Assembly (NCBI GenBank): GCA_001724265.1
Contig: MEDY01000128.1
Coordinates: forward strand, 1 to 64,000
Direction: 5' to 3'
DNA from: Rhizaria sp. SCN 62-66
Lineage: Eukaryota
Length of the DNA stretch: 64,000 bases
In this document: positions 11,845 through 24,594 of the stretch, piece by piece
Numbering within the stretch: position 1 is the stretch's first letter
How the letters are laid out: every line of letters begins with the position of its first letter
Notes under the pieces: model-generated
Told to the model about the DNA's origin: nothing
The model's input: only the letters and a program-made list of their open reading frames with translations
Database searches by the model: none
Translations under genes and position numbers: made by a program

Positions 11845-12502
11845 GTCCAGACGACTACATTTAGTGAATCAGCGACACTCATTCCAAAAAGTTCAGTGAT
11901 CTTGCGGTGTTTTAGGCGGAAGGTTGTCAGGCACATCTGGGTTTAACGTGTCAGATGACTGCGCCAACGCCTTGCCTAACCATGGTAATGCAGTTTGATC
12001 TACTCGCTCTGGGATCCGATGTGTTCCTTTGACCACCAGGACAGTATATTATGTTATTATCAGCCGGTTTAATTACGACACCAAGCGACACACTTCTGAC
12101 AACAGAGAGTGTACAGAGATGATGCTCAAAAGTAATTGACCATGGTGAACAGTGGCAAACTGGTTTGTGGTGACCAACCGATCCAGTGAATTGTGTTTGC
12201 TTTTGGTTTTAAGTTCCTTCCATGCTTTTCATTTTATACAGACCAAATTAAGAAGATTCGATTTCCCACGTTTGTTATTCAAAACAAATAACTGATTTGA
12301 ATAAGAATTCATTTTTCAAAAATGCATGACAACAAGTTATTTTTGTTGGTTTGAGCTTTCTGAAACCTTGCAAGAATGGATGCTTCAGCAGTCTCTCTTC
12401 GGAGCATCCTACGAATTAATTTTGACCTTGGAATATTTGCCTGTGACTTGCAACACTCAAAACTCGTTCCATTTTACCCCCCAAACCGCCACAGTTCTTT
12501 GC

Positions 12503-12964
12503 ATGTCCTCCGCCAAGACTACGACACGCCACAGCAACATGGCCAAGCAGGGCTCAGTGAGCGCTGGTAAGGACGCCGCGCACAAAATGAGTCTGGAGGT
12601 CTACAACCACGTCTCCAGCAGTACACCCGGCCGTCCTCTGAGTTCGAACAACAAATCAGCGGTGTCTTTTGCATTAAACGACGGCGAGAACCTTCGCATT
12701 AAGACGTCCACTGGTAACCGCAGCACCGATCGCGTCAACGATGCGCGTATTATGGAGCACTACAGCAACGGCACCATGATCGACACCCAAGCTGCGGCTG
12801 CCCGTGCGCAGCAGTCGTACAAGGGCTGCCGCGCCGCGGCGGCTAGTGCGGACACACGGTCGGCTGCAAAGAACCTGACCAACGTCGCCGAGCAGATCGG
12901 TGACATGCCGATGCGCCGCCCTGACGGAAGTTGGTGCAAGGTCAAAAACGCAGACAAGTATTAA
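12503..12964 (+). CDS. Small (~153 aa) uncharacterised protein with a possible HNH/His-Me-like motif
   Basis: It is a GC-rich island with coding-type codon usage in AT-rich DNA, from ATG 12503 to TAA. The motif is KDAAH...ALNDGENLRIKTSTGNRSTDRVND. Confidence 0.7.
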   Translation: MSSAKTTTRHSNMAKQGSVSAGKDAAHKMSLEVYNHVSSSTPGRPLSSNNKSAVSFALNDGENLRIKTSTGNRSTDRVNDARIMEHYSNGTMIDTQAAAARAQQSYKGCRAAAASADTRSAAKNLTNVAEQIGDMPMRRPDGSWCKVKNADKY

Positions 12965-15083
12965 TAGGCGCGTGTAGTACGTAGCATGTGCGTGTTTGCA
13001 TAGCGGTGACAACGTGTAAGGCATGCTAGTTAATATAGCAGAAGTGCAAGAGAAAATGAAACACACCACAGAAAGGCTGTACGTACGGGACATCTCACTC
13101 AAAGGGTTTTCTGCCCGAAATATATTTCAGAGAATATGACATCATAAGTTGTACAGTTTGTTCGCCTAATCACTAAAGTTGAACTTACGTACAATATGTA
13201 CTGACGGTGAGATACGTATTACGTACGTGTATTCGAGTACAGGAAGTGATTAAAACAACCGCAGTCACATTGTATTGGGATTCAAGATGCAGTCAAATTT
13301 TAGAGGTGAGCTAGAGTATAGAAAAATATGAAAAAGAACAAGATAAAAGAGGAGAAGTCTAGATGTAATTCGTTCGTTATGCAACAAACACAGACGAATG
13401 GCAAAAAACACACTCACACATGTACGGTATTATTATCACATATAATCAGTCAAACAATGAGAGAACAAGAGGAGGAAAGACATATTACCCATACACTCAG
13501 TGAAAATAAAAATAAGTGTGAAGAAGAGACACATAAAAAAGAACGCAGATGATAAGAAAAGTCCTTAATCTTGTTCGAGTGATGCTGCTGCTATGAAACT
13601 TTAAGAACGGGGGGTTGAGGACGAGAGTGAGAGTAAATGTAATACACAGCGGAGGCACAGCAAATAAAGCAGCGACAAAAACGTCAGCGAAAAGAGCACA
13701 AGAGCATGCCACAGTTTGCGGTGCATGTCTTGTCACGAAAAAAAGACGAAGATCATGAACATCATTCAACAAGACTAAGAAACACAAAAGACGAAGTCTG
13801 ACACAAAAAGAGTAAGCAAGTCAGAAGCACAAGAATAGAAGAACATTATACCTGTAGGATGTAAGTGATTCACTTTCAACAACAGAGCAAGTATGTGTAC
13901 GTGTGCAGATGTGAATGCAACAATCAAGCGTGAGAGTTAATCAACTGTGGGTCGAAGCGTAAACATCGAGGTGAGCGAACATGGAGTGCATCAGTTTTAC
14001 GAACAAACGACATCTAATCGCAAGATCATTTGATTTTAGTTGAAAAGACACAATGACACAGTCAACATCAAAAGAGCGCGCACTTCCACACAAAGTATCA
14101 CAAACGTTGTAAGTCTTTGATCCAACATAAACAAAGTAATGAACTTCAATTCTCCAGCGTTGCGTCTTGTGTCGAATTCAAAGTAGGAGGGTCATTATAT
14201 GAAGGTATGAAGGAAAACAAAAACAACAACAACACACATGTACAAAGCAAAGACACAGATTAAACTCAAAAGATTGGACACGAAAAGCAAGAAAGAAAGG
14301 GAAACAAAAAATACATCAAAACAGACAAAGTAGCGGATCAACGAGCGAGTGAGCAGGACAATCGTTTTGTTTGTTTCTTTTGATTCCTTGATATTTTTTT
14401 GGGGCATGAGCAAGTGAGAAAAAAAATCAAAACGACAAACTAGTAGTTATAAAGACGAACAATGAAGTGACATTTTGCGACGAAAATAAAGAAAGAAAAA
14501 AATCGGTTTCGATTGAATAATGTGTAACAGCATATGAGAAATATACAATGAGTTACAGTAACTGGGTAAAACTCCAGCTGCACGTGCGTTCGTGCATGTG
14601 CGAAAGCGCGGAATAGTTCGTGAGAGGAGCAGCAGCGCTATTGGTATGCACAGAAGACGTAAGAACTCGACTTAAGTCGTTTCAGCAAGTGAGATATGTT
14701 CAGAGTTACAATTCCTTTTGTGAAATTCTTAATTTGTGTTATTCACGCGCAAGTACGTCAATTTTTAGTTTTCTTGCGTCGCATAAACATCAATTGCGCA
14801 CATGTTTCATTTGTGCACTATCTACCAGTTTCTGCCACGCAGAACAAACACGGAATTGAGCAAACAACATCAACAAACGATAGAGATTATTCATTCATTC
14901 TACAATACTATTGATCACAAATAGATATATTTGCAATGTAAAGTAGAACTCTCAAAAAGATCTTACTAACTCGACGGATCACGGGGTTAAGCAAAACAAA
15001 AGAGGCTTAACTCTCGCGACATCCCCCGAACAAGTGTTCGTCACAATGCACGCGTCTCGCGGGCAATTGGCGCCGCTTACAGC

Positions 15084-16523
15084 TTACATGACGCCGTTTG
15101 CGCTCTTGTGCCCGGTGAAGTTGTCCGCGACGCTGAAGCTCTTGGGCGCCCCGGTGGAGCCCGGGGAGGCGCAGCTACCGCCGCTGGCCGCCACGGCGCG
15201 GCCGCTGGTGCTGCCGTTGTTCCCACTGCCGCCGCCGCCGCCGCCAGTACAGTTGTTGCTGAGGGTGGGACTGTTCCCCGCGGCCGCTGCGGCGACGACA
15301 GCGGCCGCGGACACCGCTCCAGTTGCGCTGTAGCCGTTGCCGCCGCCACTGCTGCTGTTGTTGTTGCTGTTGCCGTTGCCGTGGCCGTGCGAGCCTGCCG
15401 ACACGCCCACGACGCACAAGTCCCCCCCGCCGCCGCCGCCGCCGCCGGTATTGAGCACGAGCGGCGTGGCACCGGACGAGGTGCGGACCACGCGCCCGCT
15501 CACGCTCACGGCCACTGCTGCCGGGGTGCCGCCGCCGCCGCCGCCGCTCCCCGGGCCCCCCGCCCCGCCGCCGCCGCTGTTGCCGGCAGCAGTGACGCCG
15601 CCGGCGGCGGCGGCCGCGGGGCCGTTTGCGTTGGTCGCGGGCAGCGTCTGCAGACGCAGCGTCAGCCGCTGCGGGGTGGACGTCCCGCGCGAGACCGGCG
15701 TGCCCATCACGGCGCCGCTATTCGCACTTGCACTCGTACTCGTATTTGAGCTCGTGGCAGTAGCAGCGGCGGCGGAAGCGGAAGCGGCGGCGGCCTGCTG
15801 GTGCAGCGCGACGACGCGCTGGACGGCGGCCGCGATGGTGGGCAGCACGTCGCAGGTGTCCTTGTTGCGGGCCGCGATGTCGAGAAGAAACACGCGCGCG
15901 CGGTTCAAGTCGCTAAGCTGGCGGCCGCGCACCGTGTCCGTGTCAATGACAAGCCCGTCGGGGACGTTCTCGACGCACAGCACCATGCGGCGCTTGCGCG
16001 TGATGAGCTCGACGGACTCGAGCATGCTGGCGATGGCACGCGTTTGCCCGTCGATGACGAACAGCAGCACCTCGGCGCCCTCTTTGGCCACGTTCTCCAG
16101 CGCCACAAAGTCGGTGGACCAGTTGTCCGTCTGCGGGTTGAAGAAGGATACGGCGTGCTGCGACAGGAGCGGGATCGCGGTGTCTTTGCGCCACGTCGTC
16201 GGGTTGCACGACCCGCCCAGAAAGACGAACGGCGCCGCGAAGGGCTCGTCCGCTGTCGCCATCGGCGCGCCGGAGCTAGAGCTTGAGGAGCTCGTGCTGG
16301 AGCTTGAGCTCGTGGCGGCGGCGGCGCTCGAAGCCGAGGGAAGCAAGGGCGCGGGGCGGGACGGCGCCGGCGGGGGCAGGCCGGGCCCGTTTTGACTCAC
16401 GACAGTAGTTGCGATGGGGTTCGGCGCGCTCGCGTTGTTGCTGTTATTGATAGAGGGGGACGAGGAGGAGGCCGAGAGAGTGCGCGCAAGGTTCGCCAGC
16501 GAGGCGGGGTGCGACGAGGCCAT
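15084..16523 (-). CDS. Raw-like protein with a nucleoside 2-deoxyribosyltransferase-like domain (Nuc_deoxyri_tr2) and low-complexity flanks
   Basis: VFLGGSCNPTTWRKDTAIPLL...FFNPQTDNW...LLFVIDGQTRAIASMLESVEL...DLNRARVFL matches the Raw/NDT-like signature (about 16230-15810). The terminal AT|GTAAGC could instead be a splice donor, so the 3' end is uncertain. Confidence 0.85.
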   Translation of the reverse strand: MASSHPASLANLARTLSASSSSPSINNSNNASAPNPIATTVVSQNGPGLPPPAPSRPAPLLPSASSAAAATSSSSSTSSSSSSSGAPMATADEPFAAPFVFLGGSCNPTTWRKDTAIPLLSQHAVSFFNPQTDNWSTDFVALENVAKEGAEVLLFVIDGQTRAIASMLESVELITRKRRMVLCVENVPDGLVIDTDTVRGRQLSDLNRARVFLLDIAARNKDTCDVLPTIAAAVQRVVALHQQAAAASASAAAATATSSNTSTSASANSGAVMGTPVSRGTSTPQRLTLRLQTLPATNANGPAAAAAGGVTAAGNSGGGGAGGPGSGGGGGGTPAAVAVSVSGRVVRTSSGATPLVLNTGGGGGGGGDLCVVGVSAGSHGHGNGNSNNNSSSGGGNGYSATGAVSAAAVVAAAAAGNSPTLSNNCTGGGGGGSGNNGSTSGRAVAASGGSCASPGSTGAPKSFSVADNFTGHKSANGVM

Positions 16524-17959
16524 GTTATGCAGTTACGTCCGATATCGATCCAGAGTTCAAGGTATACTGTGAGTGACAGTGCCCGTCAGTGCCGCAGAGG
16601 CGAGGAGCAAAGGGGAGCGCAGGCAGCGCAGTGGGGGCACGCCTGGGGTGCGTGTGTGCGTGTGCAGGGCGCGCGCAGGAGCTTGCACGAGCGAAGATGA
16701 GCGTGTGGGCTGGACACAGACAACGAACAGGGACAAAAACGACAGAACGAACTGACAGACACCAATAAGGAGTCGGAAGAGGAGGTAGCGGAGGCTATAA
16801 AGGACAAAAAAATAAGCCAAGAAAGATATCATAGGGGATACAGGAAGGTGGTAAGACTGGCAGAGAGAAAGCGGCAGATCCACCCGTTGAGGAAGCTCCG
16901 CGAGGTGATGGAGAGTGAGAGAGGGCGCGCGACTGTATGGCCACACGAGCAATCAGGGGCACAGTGGAAGGGAAGACAAGCGAAGAGAGGCAGAAAGCCC
17001 GCGCCATGGTACGAAATAGAACTTGATTCAGCAGAAAACAAGGCAGAGAGCACGGGTGTAGCGGTATATCCGGCGGGGGCGCCGCGTTTGTCACATTGAG
17101 ATAGTCTGCATCTGAGAGGGCTCGTGCCACGAGCGGGATTCTCAGCATATCCTGCGTCCAACCAGTCGCAATATAACCCGCAGAGATAATTGCCCAGCGC
17201 AGTCACCGTCCAAACCCATCGTCAATGCAGTCACACAAGCACGATTTTTTGAGTTATATCCTTCCCCAAAAGCAGCAAGATAACTCCCGCCCCCACTGGC
17301 CGACAAAGGCCGTTTTTACGAACCGAGAGCCCTCCCCCCGGCCAGCCGGCCCAGTCAAACCAATCCACCACGAGTGATTGGACGGCGGGTTTGTCGGTCT
17401 TTGGGTTCGCAATAGGCGTGAGAATGAGAGGGCGCGTCTCGTGCAAAAATATATAGAGTTAAAGAAGTTTGCTGCATCTTTTATCTTTCCCGCCGGTCTA
17501 TTCGCGTTTGTTTTCATGTGGTATCGCAAACTCTATTCCCGTCGAATGCTTGATGTTGCCCCTGCAACGCCCACCGTCGAGGCATTTTAGGGCTCGCTTG
17601 TGGAATGCCACGCAGCATTCGTCTTGTACTGACATGCATTTTGGATAATCCGATCTTGAAAAAAATCACCCCCGCACTCACATCCCTTCATTCACGTCTC
17701 TTTCACTCGCTTTCCCCTCTCCTAAGTGGGCTTCTACTTTTGCCCCCCACTTCCCCTCCTCAATTCGACTTTCTTAGCCGCAGTACTCCCACGCGCCCGT
17801 CTAATTGGTGCTTCTTTCTCACCTCGCCACCTTTCCGGCGCGTTCTACTCGCTTCCCGCGTTTCCCTGGTCCTTACCGCGACCATTAGCTTCCCCGAGAG
17901 TCTTTATCTAACTCTCTGTACGACTACTTTCGACAAGCGTTTGCTCTCCTCGCTTCCGC

Positions 17960-20900
17960 ATGAACCTCGCCCCGTTCCCGGCCGCGCCCCGCTCCCTCGC
18001 GTCGCGCCGCACGCGCACCGCGGGCAACGCCGCCGTGCTGCGCCGCGGCGTTGCCGCCTCGTCCTCGCTCAAGCTGGCCTCGCACCTCGAAGAGGAGCTT
18101 AATCAAGAGCCTGAGGCCGACCTCGACAATGAGAACGATGACAGTGACGGTGACTGTCCAGACGACGCAGATTGCTCTGAACACGACGTTACTAGCAATC
18201 ATAACGACAGCTGCAACGGCCGCGCGTGCGACGACGACTGCAGCTCTAGCTGCTGCGTGCACGCCATCAACGAGCCTCAGCCTCAGTCTCAGTCGCGCTC
18301 GACCGCTGTGAACGCTCACCCTGGCTCTTGCACTCGCCTGAGCGCTGACACTGCTGCTGCGGTGTATGGGCCTCTCAAGCACTGCTACAAGACCCACGGC
18401 CACCCTGCTGCCCCCGCTGCTGCGACCGCCGCCGCCGCCGCCACCGCCGCCGGTATCAACAACAGTTACCACACTGAGAATCCCGAGTCCGACAGCGACG
18501 TGTACGACTACAGCTACCGCAATGCCAGCAGCTGCAGCAATACCAGCAGCAACCTCAACAGCAACAGCTACAGCTACAGCGCTGCTCACAACAACAACAT
18601 CATTCGCATCACAGCGAATACTAATGATTGCGACAACAGTTGCTGCCGCACGCATATGCCTATGCACGACTACGACGACGACGACGATGGTGATGACGAC
18701 GAAGTGATTCATCTCGGCAACAACGACGTCTGTCTTGCAAAGCTTTTCAACTCACACTTAGACTCGCATTCGCACTCAGAGTCCCCCTTAGAACCGCAGT
18801 CACACTTACATACAACTCTGCCCCCCGGCAGTGTCACCACCTTCGGCGGCGCCCCCAAGAAGACCGCCGCCGGTGCCGCCGCGGGCGCTGGCGCCGGCGC
18901 CGGTGCTGGAGGCGCCGCCCGCGCCAACTCCAAAGCCACCAACACCAAGGCCCGCGCCGGCGGCAATGTCCCCAACAGCGGCGGCGGCGGCGGCGGCGGC
19001 GGGCCCCCGGCGTCGGCCCCTGCGGCGGGCGGCGGCGACGACGGCGCCTCTGCGGGCAACAGCTGCCACCAGTGCAAGAATAGCAAGCCTCAGTCGGGGA
19101 TTATCTTCTGCATGAACCCCGCCAACGACCCGCGCACGATGCGCAAGTGCCGCAAGAAGTTCTGCTTCCCGTGCCTTGCGCGCACCTACGACGTGTACCT
19201 GCAGTCACTGGGCGATCTCAACGCGTGGGTGTGCCCTGCCTGCTGCGGCCGCTGCAACTGCGCCGCCTGCAAGCGCGCGGGCCCGCTCGCCGCCGCCGCC
19301 GCCGCGGGCGCAACCGGTGACGGCGACGGCGACGCCGCTGGCGCGGGCACTCAGGGCCCCGCCGGTGCCGGCGGCAGCGCCGGGCACGGGCACGGGCACA
19401 GTCACCGCGCGTCCAAGAGCAAGCCAAAGGAGCACCTGAACGACCACCTGCACCCTGTTCAGAGCGAGATCGCGCGGACCGGCGCGGACATGCCGGGCGT
19501 GGGCGAAAATGTCAACAGCACGCAGACGATTCTCGCGCTCAACCTCAACGTGCCCGTCGTGGCCGAGGTCCGCCACGCCGCCGCGGGGCGCCTTGCGGCC
19601 GGCCGCGGCGGCGCCGGCGGCGGGGCCGCCGCGCTCGCAGCGCTGTCCCGCGCCGCGGCCGGCAGCAAGGGCGGCCACGGCCACGGGGCGCAGCCGCCGG
19701 GGCTGGGGCTCGCGGCGCTGTCGCCGGGCAGCCCCGCGTGGAGCCTCGCGACCGCGCACGCCGCTCACTCCACCGCGCACTCCGCCGCCGGCGCTGCCCA
19801 CGGCCACGGTCACTCGCCCGCCCATGGCCACCACGCGTCCAAGAGCTCCAAGCTCGCTGCCGCGGCCGCCGCCGCCGCGGGCGGGGTCAACAGCACGCCG
19901 CACCTCAGCGCCATGGGCATCGCGAGCGCGACGGCGGCGGCGGCGGCCGGGGCGGCGGGTGCCGGCGGCGCCCTCGGTCACCACCCGGGCACCTCGGCGG
20001 GCGCCGTGGCAGCCCACGGTCACTCGGTCGGCGGGGTCGGACCAGAGCACCAGCACCGACCCGGCCACGGCGCCGCCGGCCGCGCCGCCCCCTCCGGCGC
20101 GCGGCTTAATACACACGGAGCACATGGGGCGCACGGTCACGCGGTTACGCCGACGGCGGGAAGCACGTCTTTGTCCCGCACCGGCAGCCATGGCAGCCAC
20201 GGCACCGCTGGCAATGGTAACGGCAACGGCAACGGCAGCGCTGCGTTGCTGCCGATGATGCCGGGCGCCGGGGCCAGCGGGGGCGCCGGCGCCGGCGGCA
20301 GCAGCGGCGTTTTGTCCGGCGTCGGCGTCGGCATGGGCGGCGGTGGGAGTGCCCATGCGATGGCGGGGCTCGGCCTGGGGCTGTTGGGCGGCATGGGCAT
20401 GGGCTACTTCCCCTCCAACTATCACGCCGCCCACGGAGGTGCCCACGGTCACGGCCACGGCCATAGCCATGGCCACGGGCCAAAAGGGGCTGCCGGGAAG
20501 TTCACCCCCGGCTTAACTTCGGCGCGCGGCGGCCACGCTTTGCACAAGAGCAGCAGCAGCAGCGGCCACGGCGGCTTTGCCAGCGCCGCGAACATGACCG
20601 ACGCTGCTGCCGTCGGCGCGGGCGTGACCCCCAGTGTCGACTTCGTGTCCATCACCGCGCGCCGCTCCGCCACGCGCCCGCTGCACGGCAAGAGCGTCGG
20701 CGGCGGTCATGGCGCGGGCAGCGGCAGCGCGGGCGTTGCGGGCGGCAGCGACCGCGGGCAGAGCTCGCAGTCGCCCACCTACGGCAACAACGGCGGCGGC
20801 GGCCACGATGCTGCCAACGGCTACAACGCGAACACAGGGAATGTAAGTACCTCTGTCGGCGGCATTGTAAGTGGGTACGCGGGCTCCCTGGGGTACCGCG

Positions 20901-23900
20901 CCTCTCAGCTGCAGCTCGCGGCCTCAGTCCTCCGCATCCGCCAGCAGCAGCAGCCGTCTCAGCAGCCTCAGCAGCAGACCGCGGCCGGGGCGGCCGGCAG
21001 CGACAACGTGGTGGCCGTCGCGGCCGCGGCCGCCGCCGCCGAGCGCGGTGGCAGCCGCAGCGCCGTGCTGGCTGCGCGCACCTTGGGCGCCACCACGCCG
21101 CTCCTGGCCGCGGCCGCCGCAGCCAAGGCGAAGCACCACGGCACCAGCGGCAGCGCCAACGACGGCGGCTCTAGCTCTAGCTCTAGCTCCAGCTCTGCAC
21201 TGTACGACGGCGGCGTCTCTGCGAGCGCAGCCAACAGCAGCAGCTTCGGTCCCTACGTCATCGGCGGCGCCAACGGCGGCGGCGGCGGCAGCGCGACAGC
21301 GTCGGCCGCCGCGTCCCCCTCGGCCTCGGCGACTGCGCTCGCCAGTCAACACGTCAGCGCCGCCGCCGCTGCCGCGGCTGCGCGCATCCGGTCCTCTTCC
21401 GCGGTCCTCGCGGGCGGCCTAACTTCCACCATGGGCGGCCTGACTTCGAACGCCAACGCGGCTTCTAATGCGAACAACAACAACACCACTGGGAGCAATG
21501 CAGTGAACAATGTGAACAACAACCACAACCACCAGGCGGCGTCGCTTCTGTCCTCGCTGCCGCCCGGCTTCGACCCCAATGCGGTCATCACCGAGGCGCT
21601 GCAGTCGGCGTCGGCGCTCGTGTCGCGCCTCGTGCCGCGGCTCCCGCAGCTCCCGCCGCAGCAGCAGCTGCAGTCGCAGTTGCAGCTGGTGCAACAATCG
21701 CAGGCTATGAACGGTGCCTCTAGCTCTAGCTCTAGCTCGACTGTCCCTGTGTCGACATCAGCTGCGCCCGCGTCAGCGCCTGCACCGGGTCTGGCTCCGG
21801 CCACGGGCACGGCCTCGGCGCTGGCTCCGGGCTCGGCGCTGGCGTCCGCCCCGGCGCCCGCGGTGACGCTGATCGGGCCCGCGCGCACTGCGTGCCCGTC
21901 CTCGTCCTCGGCCGCGGCGGCCATGCTTACCGGGCTGAGCCCGCTTGCCGCCAGCGGGCAGCCCTCGGCCGCCGACTCTGCCTCCGTGGCCGCCTCGGCC
22001 GCTGCGCTGCTGCTCGTCGGCGACGGGCGCCCGCACACTCACGTGGGCCGCGACGGCAGTCTGCTGGGGGCCGTGCCCTCCCCGCTCTCTGCCGAAGGCG
22101 TCAAGGCCATGGTCGCGCGCGGCCGCAGTCGCCACAGCCATGGCCACGGCCACGGCCACGGCCACGGCCACGGTCACTCGGGTGCTCACGGTCACTCGGC
22201 CGCCCACGGTCATCTGAGCGGCGCGGTGAGCCGCAGCGACAGCCAGGTCTCGGTCTCGGCGGCGGCCTCGCGGGCGGCGTCGGCCTCGGTCTCGGCCTCG
22301 GGGTCCGGCTCCGGCTCCGGCTCAGGGTCCGGCGTCAGCGGCGACGACGAGGACGACTACCGGCAGACCATCACCAGCGGCAGCTTCAAGACGAGCCCCA
22401 AGCACAGCAACAGCAACAGCAGTCGGCTGAGCAACACCAGCTCGAGCATCGTGAACCGGGGCTGGCGGAGCAGCGCCGGCCGCAGCGGCAATGGCAACGG
22501 CAATACAGCGATCACAGTGAGCCCCAAATCCGGGTCTCAGACCACGCAAAGTCCTCCCCAGAGCCAGAGCCAGAGCCAGAGTCAGCAGGGCCCCGTGTCG
22601 ATGGCGGACACCGACAGCGGCGCGGGGAGCGAGTCCGACTCGAACGTGAGCGCCCACAGTCACCAGACTGCGCACAGTCAGCAGACTGCTCACAGTCACC
22701 AAAGCGCATACAGTCAGGGCAGTGCCAATACCAACAACGGCAACGGCACTACCGCGACGCACGGCGGCAGCGGCAGCAGCAGCAGTTCTCTGAAGCGCAC
22801 TCTGCTCCTGTCCAGCACTAACGGCGGCGCGACCGCGAACATCAGCCTTAGCGCCCGCGCGGGCGTGTCTATGAGCAGCATCGGCAGCAATAGCAACAGC
22901 AACACCAGCAACAGCAACAGCACCAGCAGCAGCAACGCCAGTAATAACTACAACAACAACAACATTCGCTCGGCGTCGTCGCTGCTGCTCGCGCCGACGC
23001 CCTTGTCGCACACGCACTCTCTGATGCTGCACGGCAACGGCGCCACGAGCGCGATCAACGCCGCAATCAACAACAACATCTTGCGCGGCGGCGCCGGCAA
23101 CGTTACGCCGAGTCTGCTGACGCACTCGCTCAACCTCAGCGGCCTTGGCGGCGCAGGCACCCCCTTAGTCGCTCTAAGTACCCTGTCCTCCCGCCCCAAG
23201 CGCGCGCTGTCGCCGTACATGGGTCCCTCCAGCCTCGCCGGCACTGCCATGCCCCCTGTGGCTTCTACGATTACTGGTACTCCTGGCCCCGGCTCTGCTC
23301 TGGGCTCGACCGCCCTCCCGACCTCCGCTGCCGCTGCCGTCATTGGCGGACCTGCTGGCGCTGGCGCTGGCACGGGCGCTGCTGGAGCGAGTGCGAATGC
23401 GAGCGCGCCCGCCAAGCGGTCCCGGTCCAGCACCGCTGCCACCACGGCGACTGGCGTCATTCTGAGCAGCAACGGCTACTATAGCGACGATAACGCCAGC
23501 GTCATCCTCCCTGCCCACAGTCACTTCTCTGCCACCGCCGCCGCCACCGCCACTGCCACCGCCACCGCCGCTCCGACTGCGCCCGCTGCGACTACCGCCA
23601 ACGGTCTCACTCGTCCCCCTACGACAGCGACAACGACAGCGGCGACTGGTGCCTCTACAGCCAGCAGCAGCCACTGCAATAGCGCCTCGGCGGCCCTGGC
23701 GTCTCCGCTGTCCCCGCTGGCGGCGCCCGCCCCCTCCGAGGCGCCGCCGACGCTTCCGTTCCTGCTGGGCGCGCCGGCGCTGGTGCCGTCTGCCGCGCCC
23801 GTGGGCCTCATCGCCCCCTCGATGGCGGCCGCCGTCGGCGAGGCCGTGAAGAAGCTCGCGGCGCAGCACGCCTCGGCGCTCGCTATCACGCACGCCGGCG

Positions 23901-24562
23901 GCGCCGCCGCCGCCCCTGCGGGCCACGCGGCGGGTGCCGCGGCGAGTGGCGGGGCGAATGGCGGCGCGGGCGCGTTGTCGTCGCCGTCGCCGTCGCCGTC
24001 GCCAGCAGCAGCGGCGAACGTGCCTGCCGGGGCGAGCGTCTCTGGGGACATGTCGATGGTGTATCGGTACCAGCTGCAGCAGCTGCAAAGCAGTATCCAG
24101 CAGCTCTCTGCCGCCGCCGCCGCTGCTGCTGCTGCCTCCGCTACCAACGCCAACTCCAACACTGCTGCTGCTGCTGACTCCGCTGCGTCCTCGCCCTTGA
24201 AGCTGCAGTCCCAGTCTCAGTCGGCGGCTGGGGCTGCGACTGCGAGCGCAGGCCCCAGCCCCACGGTCAGCCTCGCGGCCATCACGACCCTCTCGGGCTC
24301 CGGCTCGGGCCCGGCGCCAGCGTCGGGGGCCGTGCCCGCAGCGGCGGCGCTGCTGGGCTCCGCGCTCGCGCCGCCCCCGCTGTCGACCACCACCTCCCTC
24401 GCCACGGCCACCGCCTCCCTGCCCAGCTCGCTCTCGAGCTCTGGCCCTGGCGCTGGCGCTGGCCCTGTGATGGCGTTGATGCCGCTCACTGCGCCGTCCA
24501 CCGGCTCGTCGAGCCTGTCGTCCGCCGCCGTCGCCACAGCTACCGCCGCCATCTCAGCCGCC

Positions 24563-24594
<32 letters not shown>

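Noticed and set aside
13000-15000. Short ORFs in the A-rich stretch
   Set aside because: The composition (T-rich on the minus strand) fits 3' UTR, intron or intergenic DNA. The translations are compositional artefacts.
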